Shown: positions 52,385-61,330, counted from the stretch's first letter. The stretch is DNA of 64,000 nucleotides from an uncultured Pelagibacteraceae bacterium (GCA_902516625.1 CABXYU010000004.1:473-64472), one strand, 5' to 3'. Notes: generated by a model from the letters alone, not told the origin. Numbers and translations: made by a program.

Positions 52385-53260
52385 ATGAATTTTTCTATTA
52401 TTATCCCTACTTTTGAAAATTATAATTATTTGTCTTTGTGTATAGAGTCAATCCAAAAAAATTCTTATTATGACCATGAAATAATAATTCATATTAATGG
52501 TTTAGACGAACAAACTAAAAATCTTATTTTAAAAAAAAAACTATTATATACAGAAAGTGAAAAAAATATTGGTTTATGTAGAGGTGTTAATCTAGCATCT
52601 AAAAAAAGCTCGACAAAATATATTGTATATGCTCATGATGATATGTATTTTCTTCCAAAGTGGGATTATTATCTAGCTGAAGAAATAAACAATCTAAAAT
52701 CTAATTTATTTTACTTTTCATCAACTCAAATAAGTCATATTTCCGATAAAAAAGGGAAGGAAATACCTAATCATATTTATTTTGATGCAGGTAAAAATAT
52801 TGATACTTTTGATGAAAAAAAAATTTTACTTAATTTTGAAAATTTGAATTTTCACGATCTACAGGGTAGTCATTGGGCTCCACATGTAATTCATAAAGAT
52901 ATTTGGGAGAAAATTGGTGGATTTAGTGAAGAATTTGATCCTGGATTTGGATCAGACCCTGATTTAAATATGAAGCTATGGCAAATAGGTGTAAGGATTT
53001 TTAAGGGTGTAAATAAATCTCGGGTTTATCATTTTGGATCGTTAACGACAAGAAAAAATAAAGATGTTATTCAAAACAAAGGACGAAAAACTTTTTTAAT
53101 TAAATGGAAAATCACAACAGATTTTTTTACAAAATTTTATTTGCTAAGAGGGAATAAATATGATGGTCCTTTAAAAATACCAAGTTTTACTTTATTATAT
53201 ATATTTAACTTATTGATCAATAAAATAGTTTATTTTTTTTATAAATGGATAAAAAACTGA
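52385..53260 (+). CDS. Glycosyltransferase family 2
   Basis: SIIIPT, AHDD, GGFSEEF..GSDPD. Confidence 0.88.
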   Translation: MNFSIIIPTFENYNYLSLCIESIQKNSYYDHEIIIHINGLDEQTKNLILKKKLLYTESEKNIGLCRGVNLASKKSSTKYIVYAHDDMYFLPKWDYYLAEEINNLKSNLFYFSSTQISHISDKKGKEIPNHIYFDAGKNIDTFDEKKILLNFENLNFHDLQGSHWAPHVIHKDIWEKIGGFSEEFDPGFGSDPDLNMKLWQIGVRIFKGVNKSRVYHFGSLTTRKNKDVIQNKGRKTFLIKWKITTDFFTKFYLLRGNKYDGPLKIPSFTLLYIFNLLINKIVYFFYKWIKN

Positions 53261-54159
53261 TAGTTAGAATTGCCGAAGGTCTTGGTAATCAATTGTTTAT
53301 GTATGCAAATGCTTTTTCTTTATCAAAAGATTTAGATTATGATCTTTATGTAGATGATAAAAGTGGTTTCATAAAAACAAAAAATTTTAGAAATTATTAC
53401 TTAAATGAATTTAACTTATCATCAAAGATAATCCCAGATAATGAAAAATTCGACACTACTTTTTTAAACTTAAAAAGAAAAATACTAAAACAAATTGATT
53501 TTTTTAAAACAAAAAAGTCTTTTTTGATCGAGAAAAAATCTTTAAATAAAAATACCAAATTTTATGATATTAAGAAAAAGAATTATTCAAATAGGCTTTA
53601 TGTTGAAGGTCATTATGAGTCTGAGCAATATTTTTTAAAACACCGAAATGACTTATTAAAAGAATTTTCTTTCAAAAACGAAAATAATTTTAAAAAAAAT
53701 ATGTATTATGAAATGATTAAATCTTCATCAGAAAATATAGTTTCAATTTCAATTCGAACAAATAGATTTTCTGAAAGGGAAGATAATAGATTCAATAATA
53801 TATCAAAAAACAAATCAAGTCAATTTACGCATGATACAATTGAATATGTTTATCGTGCCATTAAGAATGTTAAAATTAATATTCCTAATGCTAAATTTTT
53901 AATATGGAGTAATGATTTTTCTGGTTTAAGAGAATATTTTCCACAAAATGAATTTATATTTATTGATAATAAGATAGACAAAATTCATAATGATTTTTAT
54001 TTATTGTCATTATGTAAAAATTTTATTGTCGGTCCTACTTCTTTTCATTGGTGGGGAGCTTGGTTAAATAAAAATAGCAATAAAATATGTTTTAGACCCA
54101 AAAATTTGAATCCATCAAATAACAATGATTTTTGGCCGAAAAACTGGATTAGTATCTAA
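53245..54159 (+). CDS. Glycosyltransferase family 11 (alpha-1,2-fucosyltransferase-like)
   Basis: GLGNQLFMYA, GHYESEQYF, SFHWWGAWL. Confidence 0.8.
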   Translation: MDKKLIVRIAEGLGNQLFMYANAFSLSKDLDYDLYVDDKSGFIKTKNFRNYYLNEFNLSSKIIPDNEKFDTTFLNLKRKILKQIDFFKTKKSFLIEKKSLNKNTKFYDIKKKNYSNRLYVEGHYESEQYFLKHRNDLLKEFSFKNENNFKKNMYYEMIKSSSENIVSISIRTNRFSEREDNRFNNISKNKSSQFTHDTIEYVYRAIKNVKINIPNAKFLIWSNDFSGLREYFPQNEFIFIDNKIDKIHNDFYLLSLCKNFIVGPTSFHWWGAWLNKNSNKICFRPKNLNPSNNNDFWPKNWISI

Positions 54160-55061
54160 AATTTTATTTTATTTAAAGCATTATTTTTAAATAAGTTTGC
54201 TTCATGTATATATCTTCTAACCATTTGAGTTGTTTTATGACCTGTCATAGCCATAATATTTCTTTCCTCGGCTCCAAATTCTGCTGCTGTTGTGGCAAAA
54301 CCTGATCTTAAACTATGTCCGGCATATTTAGATGGGTCTAGACCAGCTTTTTCTGCATATTTTTTTATAATAAGTGCAACTGATTTATCTGAAATCCCAA
54401 AAACTTTTCCTTCTGATTTTATTGTAATTTTTTGATTAATATAATTTTTCAGAGTTAGTACTGGGCAAAATTCTTTATTATCAAAGTAGGGGATAGCTTT
54501 AACTGTACCTTCTCCTGATTGATCTGTTTTAGATCTTTTAACCAAAATCCTTACTCCTTCAGATACAAATTCAATATCCTCATAGTCTATATTTACAAGT
54601 TCTGATCTTCTAAACCCACCAGCGAACCCTATTAAAATTAAGGCCTTATCTCTTATTTTTTCTTCATCTATTGCTTTAATAATTAATTTTAAATCATTGA
54701 TTAATATAGGTTTTTTTGCCTTTTGCCTTGAGCCTAAAGTTCTTTTAATTCCATGTAAATTTTCCATAATAATAGGATGTTTGGTGTCCAGGTAATGCCC
54801 TTTTAGCTTATGTATAACGCTAATTGAGGCTATTCTTCTTTTTAAAGTGCTAAATTTAGATGATTTAGATAAATGGGTAATATAAATTGCGATTATTTTT
54901 GGCTGTGTTGGGATCGAAGATAAGCCATTTTTTGCACAGAAAGCTGAAAAATCTTTAAAATCAGATTGATATGCTCTTAATGTGTTATTAGCTTTTGAAT
55001 TTTTTAAGTTTTTTAAAGTTTCAATTTCTAAGCTTTTAACATCTGTTATTAAATCATTCAT
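54156..55061 (-). CDS. Cre-type tyrosine site-specific recombinase
   Basis: N-terminal NTLRAYQSD helix; catalytic set R (FRRSEL), K (RSKTDQ), HxxR (GHSLRSG), H (TGHK), Y (VRRY). Confidence 0.9.
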   Translation of the reverse strand: MNDLITDVKSLEIETLKNLKNSKANNTLRAYQSDFKDFSAFCAKNGLSSIPTQPKIIAIYITHLSKSSKFSTLKRRIASISVIHKLKGHYLDTKHPIIMENLHGIKRTLGSRQKAKKPILINDLKLIIKAIDEEKIRDKALILIGFAGGFRRSELVNIDYEDIEFVSEGVRILVKRSKTDQSGEGTVKAIPYFDNKEFCPVLTLKNYINQKITIKSEGKVFGISDKSVALIIKKYAEKAGLDPSKYAGHSLRSGFATTAAEFGAEERNIMAMTGHKTTQMVRRYIHEANLFKNNALNKIKF

Positions 55062-55065
55062 AATT

Positions 55066-55094
55066 ATTTCCGATAACCATTAATTATCGGAAAT
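55066..55094. promoter_or_regulatory. Candidate recombinase target site (lox/dif-like 11-7-11 inverted repeat)
   Basis: ATTTCCGATAA-CCATTAA-TTATCGGAAAT; perfect arms, asymmetric spacer, 4 bp upstream of the recombinase ATG. Confidence 0.75.
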
Positions 55095-55121
55095 TATATA
55101 ATAGGTGATTTTTAATGTCAA
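55093..55121 (-). promoter_or_regulatory. Consensus sigma70 promoter of the recombinase gene
   Basis: TTGACA (55121-55116), 17 bp, TATAAT (55098-55093). Confidence 0.8.
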
Positions 55122-55140
55122 TAGTTTAAATTAAAAAATT

Positions 55141-55317
55141 ATGGGTTCAATTGATGGAGAAATTCCAGCAGTATGGTTTTTAATTAGTTCAATAGGTTTT
55201 ATTATATTGACTTTCATTCAATATAGAAACACTGGTAAGAGCTTTAACACTATATTCTTGTCTATAATGGCTATTATATTCTTTGTAAGTTACATAATTC
55301 TATTAATTCCACGCTAA
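55141..55317 (+). CDS. Unannotated 58-aa two-TM membrane protein
   Basis: Hand translation MGSIDGEIPAVWFLISSIGFIILTFIQYRNTGKSFNTIFLSIMAIIFFVSYIILLIPR; ends 6 bp before the MGMT gene. Confidence 0.6.
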   Translation: MGSIDGEIPAVWFLISSIGFIILTFIQYRNTGKSFNTIFLSIMAIIFFVSYIILLIPR

Positions 55318-55323
55318 AAATTA

Positions 55324-55593
55324 ATGCAGGGAACAAAGTTTCAATTAAAAGTCTGGAAATACCTTAAAACTATACCAAAAGGTAAAGTAAAAACCTATAA
55401 ACAGGTTGCTATTGGCATAAAAAGCCCTAAATCGGCTCGTGCTGTAGCTAATGCTTGTGCTAAAAACCCATATCCTCCAAAAATACCTTGTCATAGAGTG
55501 ATTAGGTCCGATGGAGCGCTTGGAGGCTACTCTGGCAGAGGTGGAATTAGGCAAAAGCTCAGATTACTTAGATCTGAAAAAGTAGCGATTTAG
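55324..55593 (+). CDS. Single-domain O6-alkylguanine-DNA alkyltransferase (MGMT family)
   Basis: IPKGKVKTY, ARAVA, IPCHRV, LGGY. Confidence 0.88.
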   Translation: MQGTKFQLKVWKYLKTIPKGKVKTYKQVAIGIKSPKSARAVANACAKNPYPPKIPCHRVIRSDGALGGYSGRGGIRQKLRLLRSEKVAI

Positions 55594-56055
55594 CCCTATT
55601 TTAAGCCTTTTTTAAGTAAAAAAAGTAAGTAAAAATAAAGGTTTTTTAACCTTTTTACGTGATTAATCCGTAAATAATACAATTCACCCTTTAGTTGTAC
55701 CAGAAATGAGCTTATAACTAAAATAGACCCCTCTATGGGCGTTTAAATGGTATATTCAATTAGTGCATCGCTCCACTATTCAACTATATCAATGCTTTTT
55801 GCCTCCCCTATTTTTATGGAATTTCATAACTACAATTGTTTAAAAAAGCTCTATTTTAAAGGATTATTTTATGTTTTTCTTAATTTCCTAAAAATTCAAA
55901 TTCTTGCACAGGATTTTAAGGTGATTTTACATTAAATAATTAAAAATATTCTAGTAATTATATTTTTTATACAATTAATAAAATATAATAAATACAACGG
56001 TTTAAATTATATACTTAATGTAATACTTTATATATTAGTAAATAAATAATACCTA

Positions 56056-56907
56056 TTATTTAACTTTTTTAACTAAGTTCTCTCTTCTTGAGATGTAGAT
56101 ACCACTTAATACAATAATAAATAAACCAATGAAAGTCCAATTATCAGGGAAATCACTGAAGAAATAATAACCTATAATGATGTTTGTAATAATCTCAAAG
56201 TAGCTAAATGGAGCCAATTTAGAGGCATCTGCGTATTTGAGAGACAATATTAAAAATAAATGCCCTATACAAGCAAATACACCTATGGCAGCCATCATAG
56301 ACCACTGATTTAATGTTGGTTTTACCCACACAAATGGCATTACAATTGATATGATTACGGCCCCTACTACACCAGTCAATAATAAAGTAAGTAGAGGATT
56401 ATCTGAGGTACTTAATTTACGAGTGATAATTAAATAAAAACCATACATCACACCTGTTCCAAGAGCAGCTATACTTGCTAAGTTAATCTCAACAAAACCT
56501 GGTCTTATTACTACTAAAGACCCTATAAAACCTATAATTACTGCAGACCATCTTCTAAATCCCACCTTCTCATCTAAAAAAACTGGAGAAAAAGCTGTAA
56601 CAATTAAAGGAGCGACAAAAGCTAAAGTTAATGCTTTAGCCAAAGAGATAACTGAAATCGCATAAAAGAAACAGATGTTAGCTGTTAAAAGAATTAAACC
56701 TCTTATGAATTGTAATTTTGGTTTATCAGTCCATACAAGATTTTTTCGAAAAAAGAAAAACATTATTGGAAAAGTAAATGCAACAGTAAAAAAATATCTT
56801 GCCCAAGTTATTTGTAATATTGGAAGATCTGCACTTAAGTATTTCGCAAATCCATCCATAATTGGGAGCATTACCCATGCTAAAAGATTAAATGTTATAG
56901 CCTTCAT
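56056..56907 (-). CDS. DMT/EamA-family transporter
   Basis: About 10 TM helices; APLIVTAFS..LDEKVG.RRW, ASKLAPFSY. Confidence 0.85.
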   Translation of the reverse strand: MKAITFNLLAWVMLPIMDGFAKYLSADLPILQITWARYFFTVAFTFPIMFFFFRKNLVWTDKPKLQFIRGLILLTANICFFYAISVISLAKALTLAFVAPLIVTAFSPVFLDEKVGFRRWSAVIIGFIGSLVVIRPGFVEINLASIAALGTGVMYGFYLIITRKLSTSDNPLLTLLLTGVVGAVIISIVMPFVWVKPTLNQWSMMAAIGVFACIGHLFLILSLKYADASKLAPFSYFEIITNIIIGYYFFSDFPDNWTFIGLFIIVLSGIYISRRENLVKKVK

Positions 56908-56925
56908 AAATATGAAGGATATATA

Positions 56926-57828
56926 TTAATTAAAGTATTTTAAAGCAAAGAATACAACGATTGGAATAGTTATAAATGACATCAATGTTGATACAACAAT
57001 AGTACTAGCAACACTATCAACAATTTTTTTAGGTGAATATATTGATGCTACAAGATAATTTAAAACAGCACTAGGCATTGAGCATTGAATTAATAGAACA
57101 CCAGCCGCGAATCCTTCTAAATTAAAATATAAAATTAATAAGTATCCAATTAAAGGTCCTAAAATAACTCGTCCGACAGAGGAGAAAATGGCTTTATTAA
57201 GTGAAAAAACCTTAAGCCTAGTCAATGCAATGCCCAAAGACATCAAAATAAGAAATATTGTTGCATACATTAATAAGAAAGTAGTGTTTTCTACAAACCC
57301 CGGAAGTTCTAAATTAAAATAAAGTAAGAATATAGCAATTATTATTGCGTAAAAAGGAGGACTTTTAAGAATAACTTTAATACTAAATTTTCTGTCAGCT
57401 AAAAAAACACCTAAGGTAAAATGGCATAAGATTATTAGTGCAGATATTGCAGCAGATACTCCTAAACCTTGTGAACCATAAGCAAATAAACATATTGGTA
57501 AACCCATATTACCAGTATTAGGCATTGCTAATGGAGGTAATTCTCTAATAATATCTTTAGTTTTTAAAAGGAATAAAGTTATTATTCCAGTAATTATAAA
57601 TCCACAAATAGCTATTGCATAATACCAAAAATAATTAAGAAAAATATTAAATGATATATTTACTGGATTTAAAGCATAAATAATCATTGCAGGAGTACCT
57701 ACATTTGCTGCAAAATTAGTGATAAACGTAGTATCAATTTTTGGATTTTTTTTACCCAAATAGTACCCAATACCCACTACAAAAAATACAGGAAATAAAA
57801 CTTCAAAGAGTTTAAGGTAAATTTCCAT
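56926..57828 (-). CDS. AEC (auxin efflux carrier)-family transporter
   Basis: PNTGNMGLP, MPSAV..Y, STLMSF. Confidence 0.85.
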   Translation of the reverse strand: MEIYLKLFEVLFPVFFVVGIGYYLGKKNPKIDTTFITNFAANVGTPAMIIYALNPVNISFNIFLNYFWYYAIAICGFIITGIITLFLLKTKDIIRELPPLAMPNTGNMGLPICLFAYGSQGLGVSAAISALIILCHFTLGVFLADRKFSIKVILKSPPFYAIIIAIFLLYFNLELPGFVENTTFLLMYATIFLILMSLGIALTRLKVFSLNKAIFSSVGRVILGPLIGYLLILYFNLEGFAAGVLLIQCSMPSAVLNYLVASIYSPKKIVDSVASTIVVSTLMSFITIPIVVFFALKYFN

Positions 57829-59120
57829 TAATTATAAAGTCTTATTAATATTGGAAATTTAAGAATATTCTTATTTTTTTTGAATATTGATAAACAATTT
57901 TTTGCATTAATTTCAGTTGTTTTATGTGTAATGATTACAATTGTTGCTTTTTTACTCTTTTTATCAGGTGTTTGGATTATTCTTTTCACTGATATTTTGT
58001 ATTTAGCCAGTCTATTTGTAATTAATGAAAGAACACCTTGCTTGTCCTTAACTTCAAATCTTAGATATAAAGAATTAGTATAGTTATCTTTATTAAATGG
58101 CATAATAGACTTTCTTTTATTAAAGGAAATGCCGAATGGATATTTAGTATTACCTCTTAAAATTGATAATAAGTCTGACAGTAAAGAAGATGAAGTTGGT
58201 CCAGGACCAGCTCCCTCGCCCTGTAGAACACTCTCCCCTACAGGTTTACCCTCTGTAATCACAGCATTCATAACACCATTAACATTTCCTATATATGTAT
58301 TTTTACTTACTAAACATGGGTGAACAGTTTCAAATAACTGACCATTAATAATTTCAGAGATTCCAAGTAATTTAACTCTAAGACCCAATTGAGCCGCAAT
58401 TTTAATATCTTCTAATCTAATATTTTCTATTCCCTCCATAATGCATTTGCTTTTAGAAATTTTTGTATTGAATGAAAGAGCTGATAATATTCTAATTTTA
58501 GCAAAAGCATCAAAACCATTCAAATCTAATTTAGGATTACCTGGTTCAGCATAACCAAGTTTTTGTGCTTTTTGTAAAACTTTATCAAAAGTTTCGTTGC
58601 TATTTTCCATTTCAGATAAAATATAATTAGTTGTTCCATTAAGTATCCCATAAACTTTACTTATTTTATTTGTTGCTAAACCTTCTTTTATTGTTCTTAA
58701 AATTGGAATACCGCCTGCAACAGATGCCTCGAACTCTAAATTTACTTTATTTTTTTCTGCAAGTTTAGCAAGGTAATCACCATGTTTAGCTATCAAAGAT
58801 TTATTCGGTGTTATAACATTAATTCTATTCTTTAAAGCTAGTTCAACGACTTTCTTTGAAATTCCATCTGATTGTCCAATAGATTCAAATAAGATATCTA
58901 TTTTTTTTGATTTAAATATTTTTAATGGATTTGAATAAAAAATTTTTTTATTAATCTTAAATCGTCTTTTTTTATCTCTGTTTTTAGCTGATATAGCAAT
59001 TATTTCTATTTTTTTTCCTGTTTTAGTTTCTATTTCATTTTTTTTTATATTAAGTTCATTATATAAATAATTACCGATTTGACCAAGTCCAACTACTGCA
59101 ATATTAATTTTTTTTTTCAT
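57828..59120 (-). CDS. hom: Homoserine dehydrogenase
   Basis: GLGQIG, EASVAGGIP, GILNGTTNYIL, GEGAG; C-terminal ACT domain. Confidence 0.94.
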   Translation of the reverse strand: MKKKINIAVVGLGQIGNYLYNELNIKKNEIETKTGKKIEIIAISAKNRDKKRRFKINKKIFYSNPLKIFKSKKIDILFESIGQSDGISKKVVELALKNRINVITPNKSLIAKHGDYLAKLAEKNKVNLEFEASVAGGIPILRTIKEGLATNKISKVYGILNGTTNYILSEMENSNETFDKVLQKAQKLGYAEPGNPKLDLNGFDAFAKIRILSALSFNTKISKSKCIMEGIENIRLEDIKIAAQLGLRVKLLGISEIINGQLFETVHPCLVSKNTYIGNVNGVMNAVITEGKPVGESVLQGEGAGPGPTSSSLLSDLLSILRGNTKYPFGISFNKRKSIMPFNKDNYTNSLYLRFEVKDKQGVLSLITNRLAKYKISVKRIIQTPDKKSKKATIVIITHKTTEINAKNCLSIFKKNKNILKFPILIRLYN

Positions 59121-59123
59121 CTC

Positions 59124-59297
59124 TTATTCATTTAAATTTGGATACTTGCTTTTTTCGGCATACTTATTAAGTTCATCAATAAATTGGTTCATGTTCATTT
59201 CAGTAGAAAAAATTATCTTTTCTTTAGAGTTATTAATTTTTGAATTTGTATTACAGCCGAAGAGAAAAATTACAAAAAAAATTAATAAAAATTTCAT
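59124..59297 (-). CDS. Unannotated 57-aa lipoprotein
   Basis: Hand translation MKFLLIFFVIFLFGCNTNSKINNSKEKIIFSTEMNMNQFIDELNKYAEKSKYPNLNE; lipobox LFGC; ATGA overlap with argC stop. Confidence 0.7.
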   Translation of the reverse strand: MKFLLIFFVIFLFGCNTNSKINNSKEKIIFSTEMNMNQFIDELNKYAEKSKYPNLNE

Positions 59298-60316
59298 TCT
59301 AATCCCTCATTTATCTTAAAACCAAATTTTAAATTCATGTTTTGTACAGCCTGTCCTGCTCCACCTTTGATTAAATTATCTATAGCAGATAAAATTATTA
59401 CTTTATTACTAAATTTTGTTTTGCACACTGAAATAAAACATTGGTTTGTATTTATTACATCATTAGTACTGATTTGTTTATTTAATTTCAAAATTTTTAT
59501 AAACTTATTTTTTAAGTAATATTTTGTTAAATATTCATTTATTTTCTTTAAAGATACGCTATTTGAGATCTCAAGATAAATTGTACTCAAAATACCTCTA
59601 AACATAGGAGATAGATGTGGTGTAAATGTAAAATCAACATTTTTTTTTGTATACTTTCTTAACTCTTGTTCAATTTCAGAATTATGTCTATGAAAGCCTA
59701 CACTATAAGCACTTAAAGATTCATATAAATTTCTGTTTTTATATTTTTTGTGTACTGTTCTACCTGCTCCAGAGTATCCAGATTTAGAATCTATGATAAT
59801 GTTTTTTGTATTAATTAATTTTTTATTCACCAGCGGTATAAGCGGAAGCAAAATTGATGTTGGATAACATCCTGGGCAACTAATTATTTGATAACCCTTA
59901 ACTTTTTTTCCTGTTATTTCTGGTAGTGAATATATACTTTTTTTGATATTTTGAGTTGCTTTATGTTTTTGATTATACCACCTAAAATATTCTGATTTTT
60001 TTTTTAGTCTAAAATCTGCAGCTAAATCTATCAAAGTATTTTTTTTTAATAAAGATTTTGAAATAATTTGAGCTTCACCATTAGGTAATGCTGTAAATAT
60101 CACTTCTACATCATTAAGATATTTTTTATCAAACTTGACAATTTTAGGTAATTTGTTTTTTGTTAGTGTTTTATCGTAATCAGATACTTTTTTTCCAATT
60201 GATGAATTGCCACAAAGATATTTTATCTCAACATTTTTATGATTTACTAATAATTTGATTAGTTGGATTCCAATATACCCAGTAGGTCCAGCAATTAATA
60301 TATTTAGCTTTGACAT
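59294..60316 (-). CDS. argC: N-acetyl-gamma-glutamyl-phosphate reductase
   Basis: GPTGYIG, PGCYPT, SGYSGAG, DNLIKGGAGQAVQNMN. Confidence 0.95.
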   Translation of the reverse strand: MSKLNILIAGPTGYIGIQLIKLLVNHKNVEIKYLCGNSSIGKKVSDYDKTLTKNKLPKIVKFDKKYLNDVEVIFTALPNGEAQIISKSLLKKNTLIDLAADFRLKKKSEYFRWYNQKHKATQNIKKSIYSLPEITGKKVKGYQIISCPGCYPTSILLPLIPLVNKKLINTKNIIIDSKSGYSGAGRTVHKKYKNRNLYESLSAYSVGFHRHNSEIEQELRKYTKKNVDFTFTPHLSPMFRGILSTIYLEISNSVSLKKINEYLTKYYLKNKFIKILKLNKQISTNDVINTNQCFISVCKTKFSNKVIILSAIDNLIKGGAGQAVQNMNLKFGFKINEGLE

Positions 60317-60350
60317 TATTTATAATATAACAATTTATTGAAAAAAAAAA

Positions 60351-60788
60351 TTATCTTTTAGAAAATTGAAAGCTTCTTCGAGCTTTTTTTCTTCCAGGTT
60401 TTTTTCTTTCAACAGCCCTGGAATCTCTCGTGGTTAATTTTTCAGATTTAAGAGTGGATTTAAAATTTTCATCAAACATCACTAAGGCTTTTGATATACC
60501 ATGAACCATAGCTCCGGCCTGACCAGTTGGGCCACCTCCTTTGACACTACATCTTACATCGTAATCAGTTAGTTGTTTAATAATTTCAAAAGGTCTTGTT
60601 ATTAACATTCTGTGAGTATCACTTGAAAAATATTTATCAAATAATTTACCATTTACGTAAATCTTGCCTGAGCCTTTTTTGACCCATACTTTTGCAATTG
60701 ATGTTTTTCGTCTACCAGTAGCATATTTACTATCTTTAAAGTCTAGTTTTATTTTTTCAGATTTAGTTGCTGCTTGAGTGTTTTCCAT
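60351..60788 (-). CDS. rpsI: 30S ribosomal protein S9
   Basis: TGRRKTS, GGGPTGQAGA, C-terminal QFSKR. Confidence 0.97.
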   Translation of the reverse strand: MENTQAATKSEKIKLDFKDSKYATGRRKTSIAKVWVKKGSGKIYVNGKLFDKYFSSDTHRMLITRPFEIIKQLTDYDVRCSVKGGGPTGQAGAMVHGISKALVMFDENFKSTLKSEKLTTRDSRAVERKKPGRKKARRSFQFSKR

Positions 60789-60789
60789 A

Positions 60790-61248
60790 TTAATTTCTTA
60801 AAAGATTTTTACTATTTAATTTTTCTAAATTTATAATTTTGGGATTTTGCGATGAATGAGGATGCTCGTTTCCAGAGTAAATTTTTAGTTTAGTTAGTTG
60901 TTTTCTTCCTAAGACACCACCTGGCAACATTCTCTTAACTGCTAATTTTAAAACTTCACTCGGTTTTTTTTCATGTAATTTTTCTGGCGTAGTTTCCTTT
61001 ATACCACCAGGATGGCCAGTGTGTTTAAAATATTTTTTATCTTGAAATTTTTTTCCTGTAAATTTCACTTGCTCAATATTCTTTACCACAACAAAATCAC
61101 CATGATCCATATGTGGAGTATAAGTATTTTTATTTTTTCCTCTGATTATTTTAGAGATAATAGTTGCTAATCTTCCAACCACTGCGTTTTTAGCATCAAT
61201 TTCATACCAAGATGATGAAATTTGATCTTTTTTAACAAATTTTGTCAT
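60790..61248 (-). CDS. rplM: 50S ribosomal protein L13
   Basis: GRLA, YTPHMDHGD, HTGHPGG, KRMLP. Confidence 0.97.
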   Translation of the reverse strand: MTKFVKKDQISSSWYEIDAKNAVVGRLATIISKIIRGKNKNTYTPHMDHGDFVVVKNIEQVKFTGKKFQDKKYFKHTGHPGGIKETTPEKLHEKKPSEVLKLAVKRMLPGGVLGRKQLTKLKIYSGNEHPHSSQNPKIINLEKLNSKNLLRN

Positions 61249-61330
61249 TGTGCGAGGATTAATACTAATAATAAATTCAATGTCAAATTGATATTTTAGT
61301 TGTTTTATATATTAAATTTGATAAGAATTA

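Noticed and set aside
52739-52749. Exact copy of the half-site ATTTCCGATAA inside the GT2 gene
   Set aside because: No matching second arm; one AT-rich 11-mer in coding sequence is plausible by chance
47341-55121. Integrase-mobilised island from tRNA-Glu to the recombinase
   Set aside because: No direct repeat of the tRNA 3' end near the recombinase; the enzyme is resolvase/Cre-like and has its own palindromic site
55747-55935. 62-aa ORF in the long intergenic region
   Set aside because: No RBS, motif or operon context; not supportable as a gene
60318-60332. Zur-box-like TGTTATATTATAAAT (13/15) just upstream of argC
   Set aside because: Better explained as an extended -10 element in AT-rich DNA; no known link between Zn and argC
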